A stretch of DNA of 64,000 nt from Zygnema circumcarinatum SAG 698-1b (GCA_037447605.1 CM074805.1:434001-498000); one strand, 5' to 3'; positions 12,603-24,851 are shown, counted from the stretch's first letter. Made by a program: numbers and translations. Notes: generated by a model not told the origin, from the letters alone.

Positions 12603-15600
12603 TTATGCGCTGCTCGGAGGGCCCTCCAGCCGCACATAGTCGTACATCACGTTGGGGATCATGTTCGGCGTTTTCCGTTGCGTGAGAAAAACTGAATTGT
12701 CCCCCTCATGGAACCACCCCCCTGGACACGCGTACGCGAAGTCGCGCTGAAGGCCGTGAGAGGCGCAGCGGAAGAGAGAGTTGTCCTTCCCGAACTGCAT
12801 TGTGTCGAAGTGGGGGGGCTCTCTGTGCTTGTCGTTGATGCGTATCTGCTTGAAAGCAGCACAAAAAGAGCAAGCCGTTACAGTTTCTGTGTAAGCATAT
12901 GTATGCATAGGAGAGGTTTGAGAAACGAGGCAACATGGGGGTGAGAGAGGGCTTGAAAAGGGAGGGAGAGGAGGGAGAGAGGGAGGGGGGGGAGTGGCTG
13001 CCATGGAATATGGAAACTGAGCATGCATGCAGTGCTCTCTCTCATCTCACCTGGAGGGCTGCATTTGTGGACGACGCGATTGCGAGTCGCAGCATGTAGC
13101 TGCCGTTCCGTTTAACGGAATCCAGTCGGAATCTGATCTCCCATGTCGCCGGTACGCAGGACCCGTCCGCCTTTTGCCTGCGTTTAGAAAATGAATGAAT
13201 GAATGAATGCCGAGTGAAGGTGTGATCGCGAGGGAGGGGCAAAGACTCTCTCACATACTGGCAATGCTCAGCGATCAATGGAAGGTGCTCTCTTTCATTG
13301 CGTCGCGGTGTGTGTGTGTGTGTGTGTCAGAGAGAGGGAGAGAGGGAGAGAGAGAGAGAGAGAGAGGGGGAGAGAGAGAGAGAGGGAGAGAGAGGGAGAG
13401 AGAGAGAGAGAGAGAGGGGGAGAGAGAGAGAGAGGGAGAGAGACAGAGAGGCCAGACCTATTGATGTGGCACCACCACCAATCTCGCCGCCAATCGGAGA
13501 CGCCGACGACGTAGACGAGATCATCGGTTGGAAACAGTTGCGAATAGCGCATCCACAGACCGTATTGGCGAAATCTTCGGCCACCGGAAAGGAAAATGAG
13601 AGAGAGAGAGAGACGGAGAGAGAGAGAGAGAGGAAGTGATAGGGGCCAAACGAGACGAGACATGAAAAAGTTTATTACTTTGTACCAATGTTCGGTACAT
13701 GCTCATGTTCCTGTTTGTGTGAACAGGAAAAAATGACGATTCAGACTCAGAGTTCCTTGATTTCAAAAAATTTATAGAGAAAAATATTGACCCATTTTTT
13801 TTTAATTTTTTTTTCTTAAAAAATTCCCAAACAGGTCTGTTGTCACCTGTGAGCCGCCTTCCCCAGATAGAGCCTATTTACAAATTTCGGGTCCGGCTCC
13901 GGAATAAAAAACTCATTTGAAGATCGATCCGGGACTCCGATCTCCCACAGAGTAGGCCCGCCCCGTAAAGGCTCAAAAAAAAGTTTTCCAAGCGTTCGCA
14001 CCTGCCCGGAATTCAGGTCAAGCGGGCCTCCCTCCCACTTGAAGTCGCCCAAAACCCCCGAAACCCATCCAAAAATATCATATTTTCCGGGATTTACATT
14101 TTTAATCGAAAAGTTCCCAAAGGCATCCGCTTGAGTCCAGTGTTGATAGCCCTGTAAAAACAACAACAAAAAAAAAAAAGAGAATAAAATGGAGTGGGGG
14201 AAAGGGGTTACTATTTGAAAATTTAGAAAAGTAAAGACACTCTTCCTTTCAGTGAATTCCTCCACTCATATGTGGAATAAAAAGCACTCTTTCGGACAGA
14301 TAGGAAGAAGCGAATCCCTTAACCTTAAACCCTAAACCCTCCTCACTTTGCTCTCCCTCTCCCACGAGCCGCTCTCTCCCGGAAGGGCGAGTCCCACGTA
14401 AGCGTAGGCAGCCCCCCACGGTTCCGAATGCAAAAATCTGCAAAAAATGTGACCCCCCAAAACGAAAACCCTCGAATTTCAGGTTTCAAAACTTGAAAAA
14501 GTTTTCAACTTGCAGGGATTGCCAAGTGTCAGAGTGTCATTGGCTCCCCTGCCAGTTGTCAACATGCCATTGGCTCCCGTGCCAGGTGTCAGCATGTCAT
14601 TGGCTCTCACCGGTCGCGCACCACGAGGCAGCCCTCCACCGTCGCCCGTTGAACGGACTTCATGTAATCCGTTGACGCCGGGAACCAATAGGGCCACGCC
14701 GCCACCTCAGCAAGCATCTGCTTACGTCACCTCCCTCCAAGACGACGCCATTATAAGCGAAATTCACCACAAAATGTACATATCTTTCTATGTGAATGTA
14801 TATGTATAGCGTATAAAAACAAAGATTTGGGTTCATTTTGTAAAGGTCCTGTGAGCTTGCAAGAAGGACTACATGTATGTATACGTCAGGTGTAACGTGA
14901 CGTGACACAATATAGCATGACAGAAGACAAAGTGAAGGCGTACTTTGTGTTTTGCGTCGTTCCAGAGAACAGTTCTATGTGCAGCGAGAGGTGTGCTGTT
15001 CACATAGAGGAGAGTGGGGCCAAAAACTTTTTTCCAGCTCTCTCCCTCCTCCCACTTGGGGCAGAGAGGCTCTCCTCCATAATGCGAACTGTGGAACATC
15101 TGAAATAAAGAAAAATAAAAAGAACAGTCAAAGGCGGTAAGCCTGTGAAGAGGATAGTCTTAAAACTCTGCTTGTTCGATGTAAAAAAAAAAAAAAAAAC
15201 AATTTCTTAGTTCCATTATATTCTTGATAGCATGTTCTAGGGTTTGTACGCTGACCGAAAGCGAGGTGGGCCCCACATGAGAGGTGAGATTCTGCTTCGT
15301 GGGTCCACCGTTTCTATACTCATCGCTCGCGTTTATGACCCAAAACCCAATTTTTGGATCATCGCCGATCCACCCGTGGACCCTCAAATCCCTATTTTCG
15401 CACGAGTAATGGTATTTGTCGTCTACCTGCACAAGAAATTCGCCCTTTTGATGCGAAGCTGTCGGGGACATAGGAACCTTAAAGAGCTTTCAGGACTACT
15501 AAAAATTTCGAGGTTTCCCAAGGCAAGTAAAGTCGTTAGGAGGGGTATGTGTGAACAGGAGGAGCTGCACAAAGGCGTTCACACCTGTCCCTTCAGTTTC

Positions 15601-17493
15601 GGGTTTTTGGGGTTGACCAGAAGCGTTGACTCTTGGGGGCCCAAAGTTTGACTTTTGCCGGGACCGAAATCGTCAACTCCGGGCATTTCCTTCTGGCGAT
15701 CGTCCGCAATCGCCATGAAATGGAATCNNNNNNNNNNGAAGGGGAGGGGGAAGGGGAGGGGGAAGGGGAGGGGGAGGGGGAAGGGGGGAGAGAAAAGAAA
15801 GATATGAAGCTTGACAGACAACTTCCTAAAGTGGGGAGCAAGGCTTCGCGCACACTTCAGAGACAGCAATCTGTAACTCTCTCGCTCTCTCTCTCTCCCC
15901 CCTCTTTTCTGAGCTCTAATTCAAGCTCTGAGAACCATTGAAACCCACATCTCACGGTTGAGCTTCATGGTGAAGCGCGTTTGGCTGATGCTGAAGGCGG
16001 GCCATCCGCTCGGTCTCTCATATATTGCATAGAAATATATTCCAGAAGTGCCCCTCAGAAGAACAAATCTGTGCCCAGTCGAGAACAGCTGTTGGTCGGA
16101 ATCAGAGTTAGCCATCCGCTCCTTGACTCACAGACGGTCCAAAGACTGCAAACGTTGTGAGGACAGCATGCTTTCATTGCAAAAGCTAAAAAAAATCATT
16201 TGAGGCGAGAAAGTGCTTTCCAACCTCAGAAACCAAAATAAAAAACTTTAGAGACAGCCGCTTCTTTAACCTTCATAACAATAAACATAAACAGGAAGTG
16301 ACAGTGATGTTGTACCTCTTGTCAATGTTGAGTGGGCACATGGCAGGAGATGCATGGGGGTCAAAGCATCGCATAAATGAGACTTCAACTCTTGAGAGGT
16401 CTTTGTGAATCACTTGGTACTTTGTTCCGCTCACTCTGACACAAATAAACAGATCAGAAAATGAATAGAGCGAATATGATACGACCATGTGATGCTGTAA
16501 AAGCGCGATGTTAATAGGCAACGTGAGAATTCGGGTATTTTTGATGATGTGAAGTGAAGTGAAACAAAGTGATGTGATGTGATGCGAAATGACTCGATTC
16601 CGAGCAATGCTGTGAAGCTCTCTCACACGTCAAAGATGCTCGAGTCAGACCCGGGCCCCCAGTTGAGGTCCAAGTATCTGCGGGCACAAGCAGCAGGATC
16701 ATGGGAAGGCTTCAAATCGTTCTCCGAAACAGAGTCATCATTCAAGAACATCTTGAAGAGCATGGAACGTCAAAGCGCCAGCACTTGGGTCTGACGGGTC
16801 TTTTGTTATTATTATTATTTTTGTTAATTTAGCTTCTAAATTGGCTAAATAAAGTAACATAGAAGCTGAACGCACCCACGGCCCGTTTCTCTCTGCTTGA
16901 CATCAAATAAGTTTTTGGCGCCTGAAAATTCGAGGCATGAAAGCATGCCGGAAGGTTTCAGAAGGCTAATCGAGACGATGCCATTGGCCAATATGATCTG
17001 CCCAAGCATCAAAAGAATTAGTTTGACAAGATCGAATTTTTAGTTGAGTACTTTTGTGCAGCGATGCAATCTTGGAGTTAGAATTTCAATCGATAAATCA
17101 AAACAAGAAATGAAATGAAATTGTGAATTCCGTTGCCCTCTGCAGGTTGAATCGTAACCCTAATTTCTGGAGTACGTTATCGGGTTTCAAAAATTTTAAA
17201 GCGAGCTACGTGCTTCGAAAGCCCAAACGAAGATGAAATTGAGGAGAATTAACATAAGTAATCCATAATATAAAATTATCAATAAAATGCAGTTCTCTGT
17301 TTCAAGTTACTTCAAAAAGCAGTGCGGCAACACGTGTGAACTACTCGCGTTCATACTTGTCACTGTCCCGCACATGAAGCCCAAGAAACCAGAGTGAGGA
17401 ACCTTTCACCTCTTTCCCCTTATCTACGAGCGTGACCTCGGGACCCTCAGCCCCTCCGAACTGAAGATGCGAGCCATGGAGCGGCGCCGCCAT
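12603..17493 (-). CDS. Rhamnogalacturonan lyase, polysaccharide lyase family 4, about 14 exons
   Basis: Exon peptides match plant RG-lyases in order: IILANGIVSISLLKPSG, YLDLNW, PLNIDKR, FVLLRGTSGIYFYAIYE, FHFMAIADDRQKEMP, VDDKYHYS, GGPTKQNLTSHVGP, WKKVFGP, WPYWFPASTDY, AYVGLA, GYQHWTQAD, PTLWEIGVPDRS, FRQYGLW, NVMYDYVRLEGP. Confidence 0.93.
14520..14609. repeat. Three tandem 30-bp imperfect repeats at the 5' end of an RG-lyase intron
   Basis: tgccaagtgtcagagtgtcattggctcccc / tgccagttgtcaacatgccattggctcccg / tgccaggtgtcagcatgtcattggctctca; the array abuts the donor at 14610. Confidence 0.9.
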
Positions 17494-17659
17494 GGCTGCC
17501 CCCTCCCTCCCTTCCTCCCTGGGCGGCTCCTGCGAGGAGCGGAGGGGAAACCACGAGTCCCGTTCAGGGCCTACGCCGGTAGGGTACATTCGACGCCATT
17601 GGGTCGGACTAGCGTGGAGCGCTCCGATTGAGGGCAGCGGAGAGTGCTAGTGCAGCATA

Positions 17660-18390
17660 TGACACGTGGACGTTCCAGAATGTGACATGTGGACAAATCC
17701 GTGTTCGTCGCGTCACGCCACGTCACGCACCGGCGACGGGCGGAGCGGGCTCTAAAAACGGCGATGGCTGTTCCGCTGTTGGCATCCACGTGGCAAAGAT
17801 TCGCCACGTGGCGCAACGTGACCATACACGTGTCATGTGGCGCTCTAGCACGGCGCGTCCCTTGCATCTTCAACAATGGATTGTTGTTGTTGTTGCTGGA
17901 TTGGCACTGCTCTCACGAGAGGCGAGGCCATCAAGTGTGCATGAAGAAAGACAACATGGGGAATTATGAGGAACCAACCGCTCACAAAGGCCCTAGGAAC
18001 GAAAGCTATTTGCGGAAATTTGTTTCTAGGCCCAACAACAACAACAACAACAACACGGCTCTATGCGCAGTAGAAGGTCGCCTGAATCTGGAGGATCAAT
18101 TGTTGGCAACCATTCTTGGGCCGAGAAGCAGAGTTTCGCTCACAGCTTTTCTTTCGTCCTTTAGGTTAATTTGTGGGCGGGTTGTTCTTCGTGGTTCTCC
18201 ATGTTGTCCTTGTCCATGCACATTTTGTGGCCTCGCCCTCGTGAGACCAGTGCCAAGCCCATCATAACAATGTCACATGGCAATGGCCACCATCATGCCA
18301 TCCCATGCCATGCCCATCCCATGCCATACCATGCCATGCCATGGTCGCATGACATGGCCCTGCCATGGTCGCATGACATGGCCCTGCCAG
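17660..18390. promoter_or_regulatory. Divergent promoter region of RG-lyase and F-box genes, with a G-box cluster (17660-17840) and a CATG-rich tract (18270-18390)
   Basis: Multiple CACGTG/ACGTG cores; CATG tract includes a 24-bp direct repeat gccatggtcgcatgacatggccct x2. The flanking genes are head-to-head. Confidence 0.6.
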
Positions 18391-18646
18391 TTGCCATCGC
18401 GGGTTGGGACAATAATCGGATGTACCGACAACGTTTTTCAAAAAAAGTATTTTTCAACTCGCTCTCACTACCATTATCACATGAACATATTTACTGGTTT
18501 TAAAATGTTTGTTTGGGGGAATGTGTACCGGTACTTCAAGGATATTCTAAGCCACCCTGCAGCTGTCTTTCTCTCTCCCACTTCCTCTCCCACTTCCTGT
18601 GGAGCCGTTTTCTCCTGCAAGGAGGGGCTCCACCTGCTGGAGCTGA

Positions 18647-20677
18647 ATGCAGCAGGAAGCCATGGATTCCATCGTTCCTCCCGGGATCCATCCCCGCAGC
18701 CCTCGCTGGCGCGCTCAGAATGTTTTCCCTCCCCTGCAAATCGCAGAAAACGGCAGCACCGCCTCCGGGTCTCCTCGTTCCGATTCCTCCAACCCTTCTT
18801 CACCATCGTCAGATTCTTCGCATTCCTTTCTTGGAAGAGACGATTCTGCAAGCGGTTCTTCCAGCGAGGACGGAGAAGACGGCCGAGAAGACGTCTCCCC
18901 TTGTCCCTTGGATGAAATTAGGGTTGCGAAAGGCAGCAGTGATAGCCGTGGTGCGGCCGCGGAAGCCGTGGAAGAGGTTGGTGTGGCAAAATCTAATCTT
19001 GGAGCTGAAAGCTCAGCATCCATCATTCCCGGACTCACCGATGATGTAGCTCTGATGTGTCTTGGAAAGGTATCGGCAGCGTATAGACGGCAGTTAGGTC
19101 AAGTATGCAGGCTATGGCGCCAAGTTTCTCGCTCACAGACTCTTTATAATGTTCGCTCTGCTAAGGGAATGGTAGAAGAAGTGCTTTGCGTATTCTTTTT
19201 ACATCGAATGCGACCGGACGATGCAAGTGCAAGCGGCCATAGTCGCGCGAGAGTAGACGATTCTAGGAGACTTCAGTATGGCGGAAGCATCATTAAACCT
19301 GAAGAGCGGGTCTCTAGACGGGGGAATTCTGGCTTATTGAACTCCGCAGGTTCAGACTCTGTCGTGCACGAGGGTTCGGAGAGTATTGGGGGTAGAACAG
19401 TTTCCGGGAGAGACGGCGAGAGTGTCGCCTTCGAGCACAATTTTGGAGAAGGTAGAAGCTCCGGGAGATCAGAAAGGGCAGGTTATTCAGTCAGGTCGCC
19501 AGTAACGTCTGCTCTTGGCAATGGTTTAGCGCGTGGATTCGGTTCTGCCGCTGTTCTCGAAGAAGAAATTTCGTTAGTGATTAAAGCATTACCTCCTCAC
19601 TTGCAGGTTAGAGGAGGAGGCTCTGCTCCTTTTGATTGGTTCCGGCTGCCTCCCCTCCGATTGGGTCATCTGGGACCTGCAGACTTATGGGACCTTGAAG
19701 TTCTCAGCCTTGGCTCTGAAATCTATGTGCTTGGTGGCACCGTTAGAAGCTCAGGAACAAGCATGATATCGGAGTTAAGGAGAGATATTTGGATGTTTGA
19801 TGGGGTCGCTTGGGAATGGCGCAAATGTGCTGTTCTTGAAGAGAGAGGCCGGAAACTGGTAGCAGCGTGTGACCCCAAAAGCGGCAAAATATTCATCGCT
19901 TCAAGCGATGAGCCCCAGGTGGCGGGAGCCACTCCAATTATGGCTGTCTTCTGCGCGCGAAATAGGGAGTGGGAGAGTGTGAGTGAGATGCCTGCGACTC
20001 ACCTGCGACGCTACCTCCATGGAGCGTGCTGCAGAGAGGGAGTATTTTATGTATTTGTGATAGACCCTGACTCGGGGACTCAATGGGCGGAGCGGTACGA
20101 TCCCGTGACGAGGACTTGGGAAATTTTGAACGGAATGCAGACAAGGAAAGCCGTTGTGGCTGTCGGTAACGAGTTTTTTTCCATTGAGAACGGTCCGGTA
20201 GATAGCTCCGATGGGAGGCTGCTTGGGGTGGAGCGCTTTGATTGGGATCAGAACACGTGGCAACATTTCAGCTATCTCACTCCTGGAGAGAGGAGGCGGA
20301 TTGGAGCTCGAACCAGTGTTACAGATAACTTTTTGGTGGGAATGTCTCCTAAATATGATCGATCAGGGACCCTTTGTGTGATTGGGTCGTGGCAGGAGCA
20401 GGCGAGCGCAGGGAGGAGGTGGGAGCACAAGGCGAGTGTGAGTCTGACGGAGGTAGATGTGGGTGACGAGAAGGAGGCGGGTGGAGTGGGAGGGAGAGGG
20501 TCGAGAGGGAGAGATGAGCCCAATGGAGGTAGTGCAGAGGATTCTTCTAGGGGACTGGGGAGAGGGGCGGCGGTAATGCCAGGTGTGGGTGACAATGGAG
20601 GGTGCAGACATGTCCTGCCGATTCGGATCAGGGCAGAGGGGAGGGTGTGTGTAGGGGGAAGTGTGCTTTGTGTTTGA
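18647..20677 (+). CDS. F-box/kelch-repeat protein, intronless, 676 aa
   Basis: F-box IIPGLTDDVALMCLGKV...VCRLWRQV; kelch-like EIYVLGG, WMFDGVAWEW, AERYDPVTRTWE, VERFDWDQNTW. Confidence 0.9.
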   Translation: MQQEAMDSIVPPGIHPRSPRWRAQNVFPPLQIAENGSTASGSPRSDSSNPSSPSSDSSHSFLGRDDSASGSSSEDGEDGREDVSPCPLDEIRVAKGSSDSRGAAAEAVEEVGVAKSNLGAESSASIIPGLTDDVALMCLGKVSAAYRRQLGQVCRLWRQVSRSQTLYNVRSAKGMVEEVLCVFFLHRMRPDDASASGHSRARVDDSRRLQYGGSIIKPEERVSRRGNSGLLNSAGSDSVVHEGSESIGGRTVSGRDGESVAFEHNFGEGRSSGRSERAGYSVRSPVTSALGNGLARGFGSAAVLEEEISLVIKALPPHLQVRGGGSAPFDWFRLPPLRLGHLGPADLWDLEVLSLGSEIYVLGGTVRSSGTSMISELRRDIWMFDGVAWEWRKCAVLEERGRKLVAACDPKSGKIFIASSDEPQVAGATPIMAVFCARNREWESVSEMPATHLRRYLHGACCREGVFYVFVIDPDSGTQWAERYDPVTRTWEILNGMQTRKAVVAVGNEFFSIENGPVDSSDGRLLGVERFDWDQNTWQHFSYLTPGERRRIGARTSVTDNFLVGMSPKYDRSGTLCVIGSWQEQASAGRRWEHKASVSLTEVDVGDEKEAGGVGGRGSRGRDEPNGGSAEDSSRGLGRGAAVMPGVGDNGGCRHVLPIRIRAEGRVCVGGSVLCV

Positions 20678-21237
20678 GCCAGTAATGGCAGAAGTTGAGT
20701 TCAGTTGAGGTTAGTCACCTTTCGTTACTCAGAAGCCAATCGGGTGCTTATGATTTGTCACATTGATGGCATCAATTTGGTCAAGTTTTGGCTCGAGATT
20801 TTTTATTTTTATTTTTTGACTTAGCGACGACTGAAATCTGTTAAAATTCGAGGAAGGAACGACGTGTCAGCTCTTGTGGTTGCTGATGTCAGAATGGCAT
20901 TTCAATACTTGAGATACAAGTTTCGCGGACGAACGAAACATGTAAGCATTTATTGATATAAAAATGTGTCAAAAATGTTGCTAGTATAATGTTTCCTATT
21001 CCTTGTCCTTATTTGTTTTCTGCTCCTACATCAAAAAAGAATCATTCTTGGGGCACCACTTGCCGCTTCCATGCCGGACATTTTGACGTCCTGATGGTAC
21101 ATTATTCACCTAGTTTTCGAAAAATGGATCTTCCTTTTCCATGTGCTTTCCCATAGACTTGACTGCTGCTTCTCTTTCTCAAGGGCTTTTAGACAACACC
21201 TTCAAATATAGTCGAACAAGGTGAGCTTCGGATGCTG

Positions 21238-23064
21238 CTAAATGCTCGATTTAAGGACAGCGATGGTCTCTAAAGAAGGGTCGCCTGCACCGCTTACAGA
21301 GCCTCCGGCAGCCAAAACCGCCTTTAAGTGCTGTACTGATTCTTCTGATACAGATTCTCCTGGAAGTAGAACCGGTACACCTGGTGGGTAGGGACAAAGC
21401 AGCTCAGCGCTGAGGCGCCCTACAGCATCAGTGAGAGGCACTCGCTCTGCTTCGGTAAAGAATGCTTCTCGAGGAGAGAAAATAGGTTCTGCCGGATGTA
21501 GAATTTTGGACTGAAAAATGTAGACAGTATCGGGGCTGATAAGATGTCTTCGTTTGTCATCAAATGGAGAATACTGACGCGATAAACTTTCATAAGCTGC
21601 AACGAGACGACCCACATCTTCTAGGGTTGTTCCAAAACTGAAGGCGAAAGTGAGAGCATTCAAAGAAGGCAGCTCTGCAACGACTCCATGCTCGAGCCTC
21701 AGGATATCATCCACTTCATATCCGTTCAACGGAATATCTGGGGTCCCTACTGTTACTCGCAACAGGTCCCATGCAACCACTCCATTTGACGATGTTGAAG
21801 ACTCTGATATCTCACAGCCCAACACTTCAATTCCCGGAATTTCAGCCAACCTCTTTCGAGCCTCTGCAGCCAAATTCATCCCCCTCTCTAAAGACGCAGA
21901 AAACTGTGGCTCTCTAACTTGCCACGCGGCAGCATCTATCGATGCCAGCAAGACATAGCTGGGGCTGGAAGATTGCAGGAGCTGCAGACACCTGGAGATT
22001 TTTTCAGAGTTCACGAACTTTCCTCTCACATGAAGCATAGCAGACTGTGTGAGAGACCCAAGAACTTTGTGAGTCGATTGAACCGCAAAATCAGCACCTT
22101 GTTCGAGAGCTGTTTTTGGAAGATTGTCATGAAATTTGAAATGGGCTCCATGTGCTTCATCGACGATTAAAGGAACTCCGAACTCGTGGCAAATCTTTGC
22201 GATTTTCTCGATGTCGCTACACGCGCCGTGATAAGTCGGCGACACAATCAGAACAGCTCCTACTTCGCCTGGAAATATGTGAGAACTCGATTCCTTTGCA
22301 TTCTCCATTCTCTCCTGCAATGCGAGCCGGACGCTTTCAGGGTCGATTCCGAGAGGAATATTCCAATGACTATCGAATTTCGGAAGAATATAATGCGGCT
22401 GAGCCCCAGAAATAATCATGGCTGAAACGGCACTCTGATGAGCATTTCTTGGAAGGACCAAAGTTTTTCCAGGTGGGCACGTCGCCATGACAGCAGCTTG
22501 CACCCCAACAGTGCTTCCATTTACCAGGAAAAAAGTTTTATTTGCCCCAAAGGTCCGGGCAGCGTTTTCCTGCGCTTCAAGGATGACGCCTTCCGGTGCG
22601 AACAAGTTATCGAGCTCGGGCAGCTCGGGCAGGTCGTGCCTAAAAATTTGCTCTCCTAATGCCTCAACTATGAGGCTCGGAGCCCCTGCTCCTCTCTTGT
22701 GCCCCGGAAAGTGAAAAGGGGCGTCTCCAGACCCTGCAAGAGTCATTAGGGTTTGCAAAACCGGCGCCTTCTGCTGCTCCAAAGCTTTCTCTTCTTTAAA
22801 ACTCTCTTCTCTGTGTACTTCCACGTCATAAAAATGAGGATTTTCTTCTTGCAAAAGGTCTGCTGCAGATGATGCAGCGCCGTGGATGCAGCGGGAAACC
22901 TTCATCTGACACTGAGCGGCTCCTCGTCGGAGCCTCCCGGTGAGCCTGACACTGAGGCCGCCCTGACGAATCGGAGGGAACGGGGTCTGCTTCACGGGCG
23001 GAGAGGCGCAGCCATGGCGCCATGCCGAGCTGCATGGCGGAGCAGAGCTCCAGGAGGCCGCCAT
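21238..23064 (-). CDS. Fold-type-I PLP-dependent Orn/Lys/Arg decarboxylase (wingless bacterial type) with probable plastid transit peptide, intronless
   Basis: FHFPGHKRG, FLVNGST, RNAHQS, SPTYHG, VDEAHGAH, QSTHK (PLP lysine), SSSPSYVLLAS, PYPPGVPVLLPGE; gccATGG start at 23064. Confidence 0.93.
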   Translation of the reverse strand: MAASWSSAPPCSSAWRHGCASPPVKQTPFPPIRQGGLSVRLTGRLRRGAAQCQMKVSRCIHGAASSAADLLQEENPHFYDVEVHREESFKEEKALEQQKAPVLQTLMTLAGSGDAPFHFPGHKRGAGAPSLIVEALGEQIFRHDLPELPELDNLFAPEGVILEAQENAARTFGANKTFFLVNGSTVGVQAAVMATCPPGKTLVLPRNAHQSAVSAMIISGAQPHYILPKFDSHWNIPLGIDPESVRLALQERMENAKESSSHIFPGEVGAVLIVSPTYHGACSDIEKIAKICHEFGVPLIVDEAHGAHFKFHDNLPKTALEQGADFAVQSTHKVLGSLTQSAMLHVRGKFVNSEKISRCLQLLQSSSPSYVLLASIDAAAWQVREPQFSASLERGMNLAAEARKRLAEIPGIEVLGCEISESSTSSNGVVAWDLLRVTVGTPDIPLNGYEVDDILRLEHGVVAELPSLNALTFAFSFGTTLEDVGRLVAAYESLSRQYSPFDDKRRHLISPDTVYIFQSKILHPAEPIFSPREAFFTEAERVPLTDAVGRLSAELLCPYPPGVPVLLPGESVSEESVQHLKAVLAAGGSVSGAGDPSLETIAVLKSSI

Positions 23065-24137
23065 GGCTGCGGGCGTTCGGCTCTCAGGATTAGGGGTCTC
23101 AAAATTAGGGCGAAGGGCCGAGCCAGTCACATGCACAGTTCTGTTGAAACTATGGGAACAGTTGGATCATGAAACTGTGAAACCCGTTGGAACTTGACGT
23201 TTTAAAAAATCGCATAGAACTTAAGGCTCCAGTTATTTGACCGCGTTGACTTTGATTCTTGGCGGTCTCGCCAACGTGGCACGTCCCAATGATGACGTGT
23301 CACCCGTCCCAGTGTTGACGTGGCACCAGCAGGGGAATGACATCGGCATTTTAGGCCATGTTCAGACTTCAAAAAATCGTCAGGAGCACTCCAGAAATGC
23401 TTTTGCAAATCTGAGGCCGAAACGAGTGCTCTGGTGACATTAGTGATATTTTATTACAGAAGTACTAGTTCTATAAAAAATTATCATACAAATTTCGTTC
23501 GAAATTCGCAAGCCTGACATCATGTCCCATGAAAGAACAAAACGACAAATCTTGCGCCAGCGCGGTCCAGAGACCGACAAGACCTTCGTACGGCCTCCGG
23601 CTAGCTGACCTTGCGCCACGTGTCCCGTCCAAGCCTGTGCCGCCGCTCGTCGGTCAAAAGGCGGCCCTGGGCACCGATATTTTGTCGTTTACTGTACAAT
23701 TTGGCGTTTTGAGGGACGTCAGGGCTGGCATGTCGGCATCGTGCGTCGCACCTACGGGAGACCGTACGACTACGGGCCGCCTTACGCTGCCGTACCAACC
23801 GCCGCTCATATAGACAAACGGAATGTCGGTCCAACTGGACACCCACCGACATTCACACACGGGGGCATCCCGTCCCACTCGGTACTTCGGTCACTCACCG
23901 ACAGGATCTGTACGAACAACGGAAGTACTTTTGTCGTATTTTGAGGCTAGGAGCATGACAGCCAACCGGCCACGTCGGGGTCGTGCGAATCTGACAAAAT
24001 CTGTACGGGTTCCAGTCAGACAAACAGTCACCGGGCAATGCGCCGCCATTCCCGGAGCCATGCTCGATTGGGGCTGTCCGTTTGCCGCGGCGTGTTGGCG
24101 GGACAAACCGACCACGCTCCGCCAAAATTCAAAAGGA

Positions 24138-24138
24138 C

Positions 24139-24199
<61 letters not shown>

Positions 24200-24215
24200 T
24201 GACATGATGCCATGC
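24138..24215. repeat. (CCCATG)10 hexamer microsatellite
   Basis: Ten consecutive CATG-containing hexamers seen directly. Confidence 0.95.
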
Positions 24216-24851
24216 CAGAGCCAGCAATCTGGGAGAAGCTTCGAGATGGATACCAGACTCCTTGATTCAATGCTGAAGCTCAGAATGAAGTTTCAAGGAG
24301 GAGATGTGCAGTTGCGAGCCTCCAGAGGGCAGAGATGCATGCATGGATGGGTCCGCGTATATTTCATTTCAGGGTAAGTACAAAATACATAATAATGTAG
24401 AAGGAGAGAGAGAGGAGCGAGAGGAGCAAGAACCGTCCTCTGTTCTCCGCCCCTTCTCCGTGCTGTTCCTGTCGCTTTGCGAGATGGAAGCAGCGGAATG
24501 GAGACTTCATTTTGTCCTCCATCACATGCTAAAGCTTAATGATAACCAAACATAACATACCTATCGCAAGCTAAGCGGATGCCCGACGCAAGGAGCAGCT
24601 TGCTTCGGGCAGCCTTTCCTACGACCATGGCGGCTGTAAGGGCAGCAACTCTGAGTTCTGAACGCTAAGAACCTCCACCTCTAACCATTTACAAGCTTAA
24701 GGAGCTACGCAGGGCACATCAGTGGCCGTCTGAACTCAAAAACGGATATAATAAAGGGGGAAAAAAAAAAGGCAAAATTTGGCTTTGACTACAAAAAGTC
24801 TTCAAGGTTGTTGCTGCCAGTGATGTAGACGGAAGCTTCAGAGGAGTTTCC

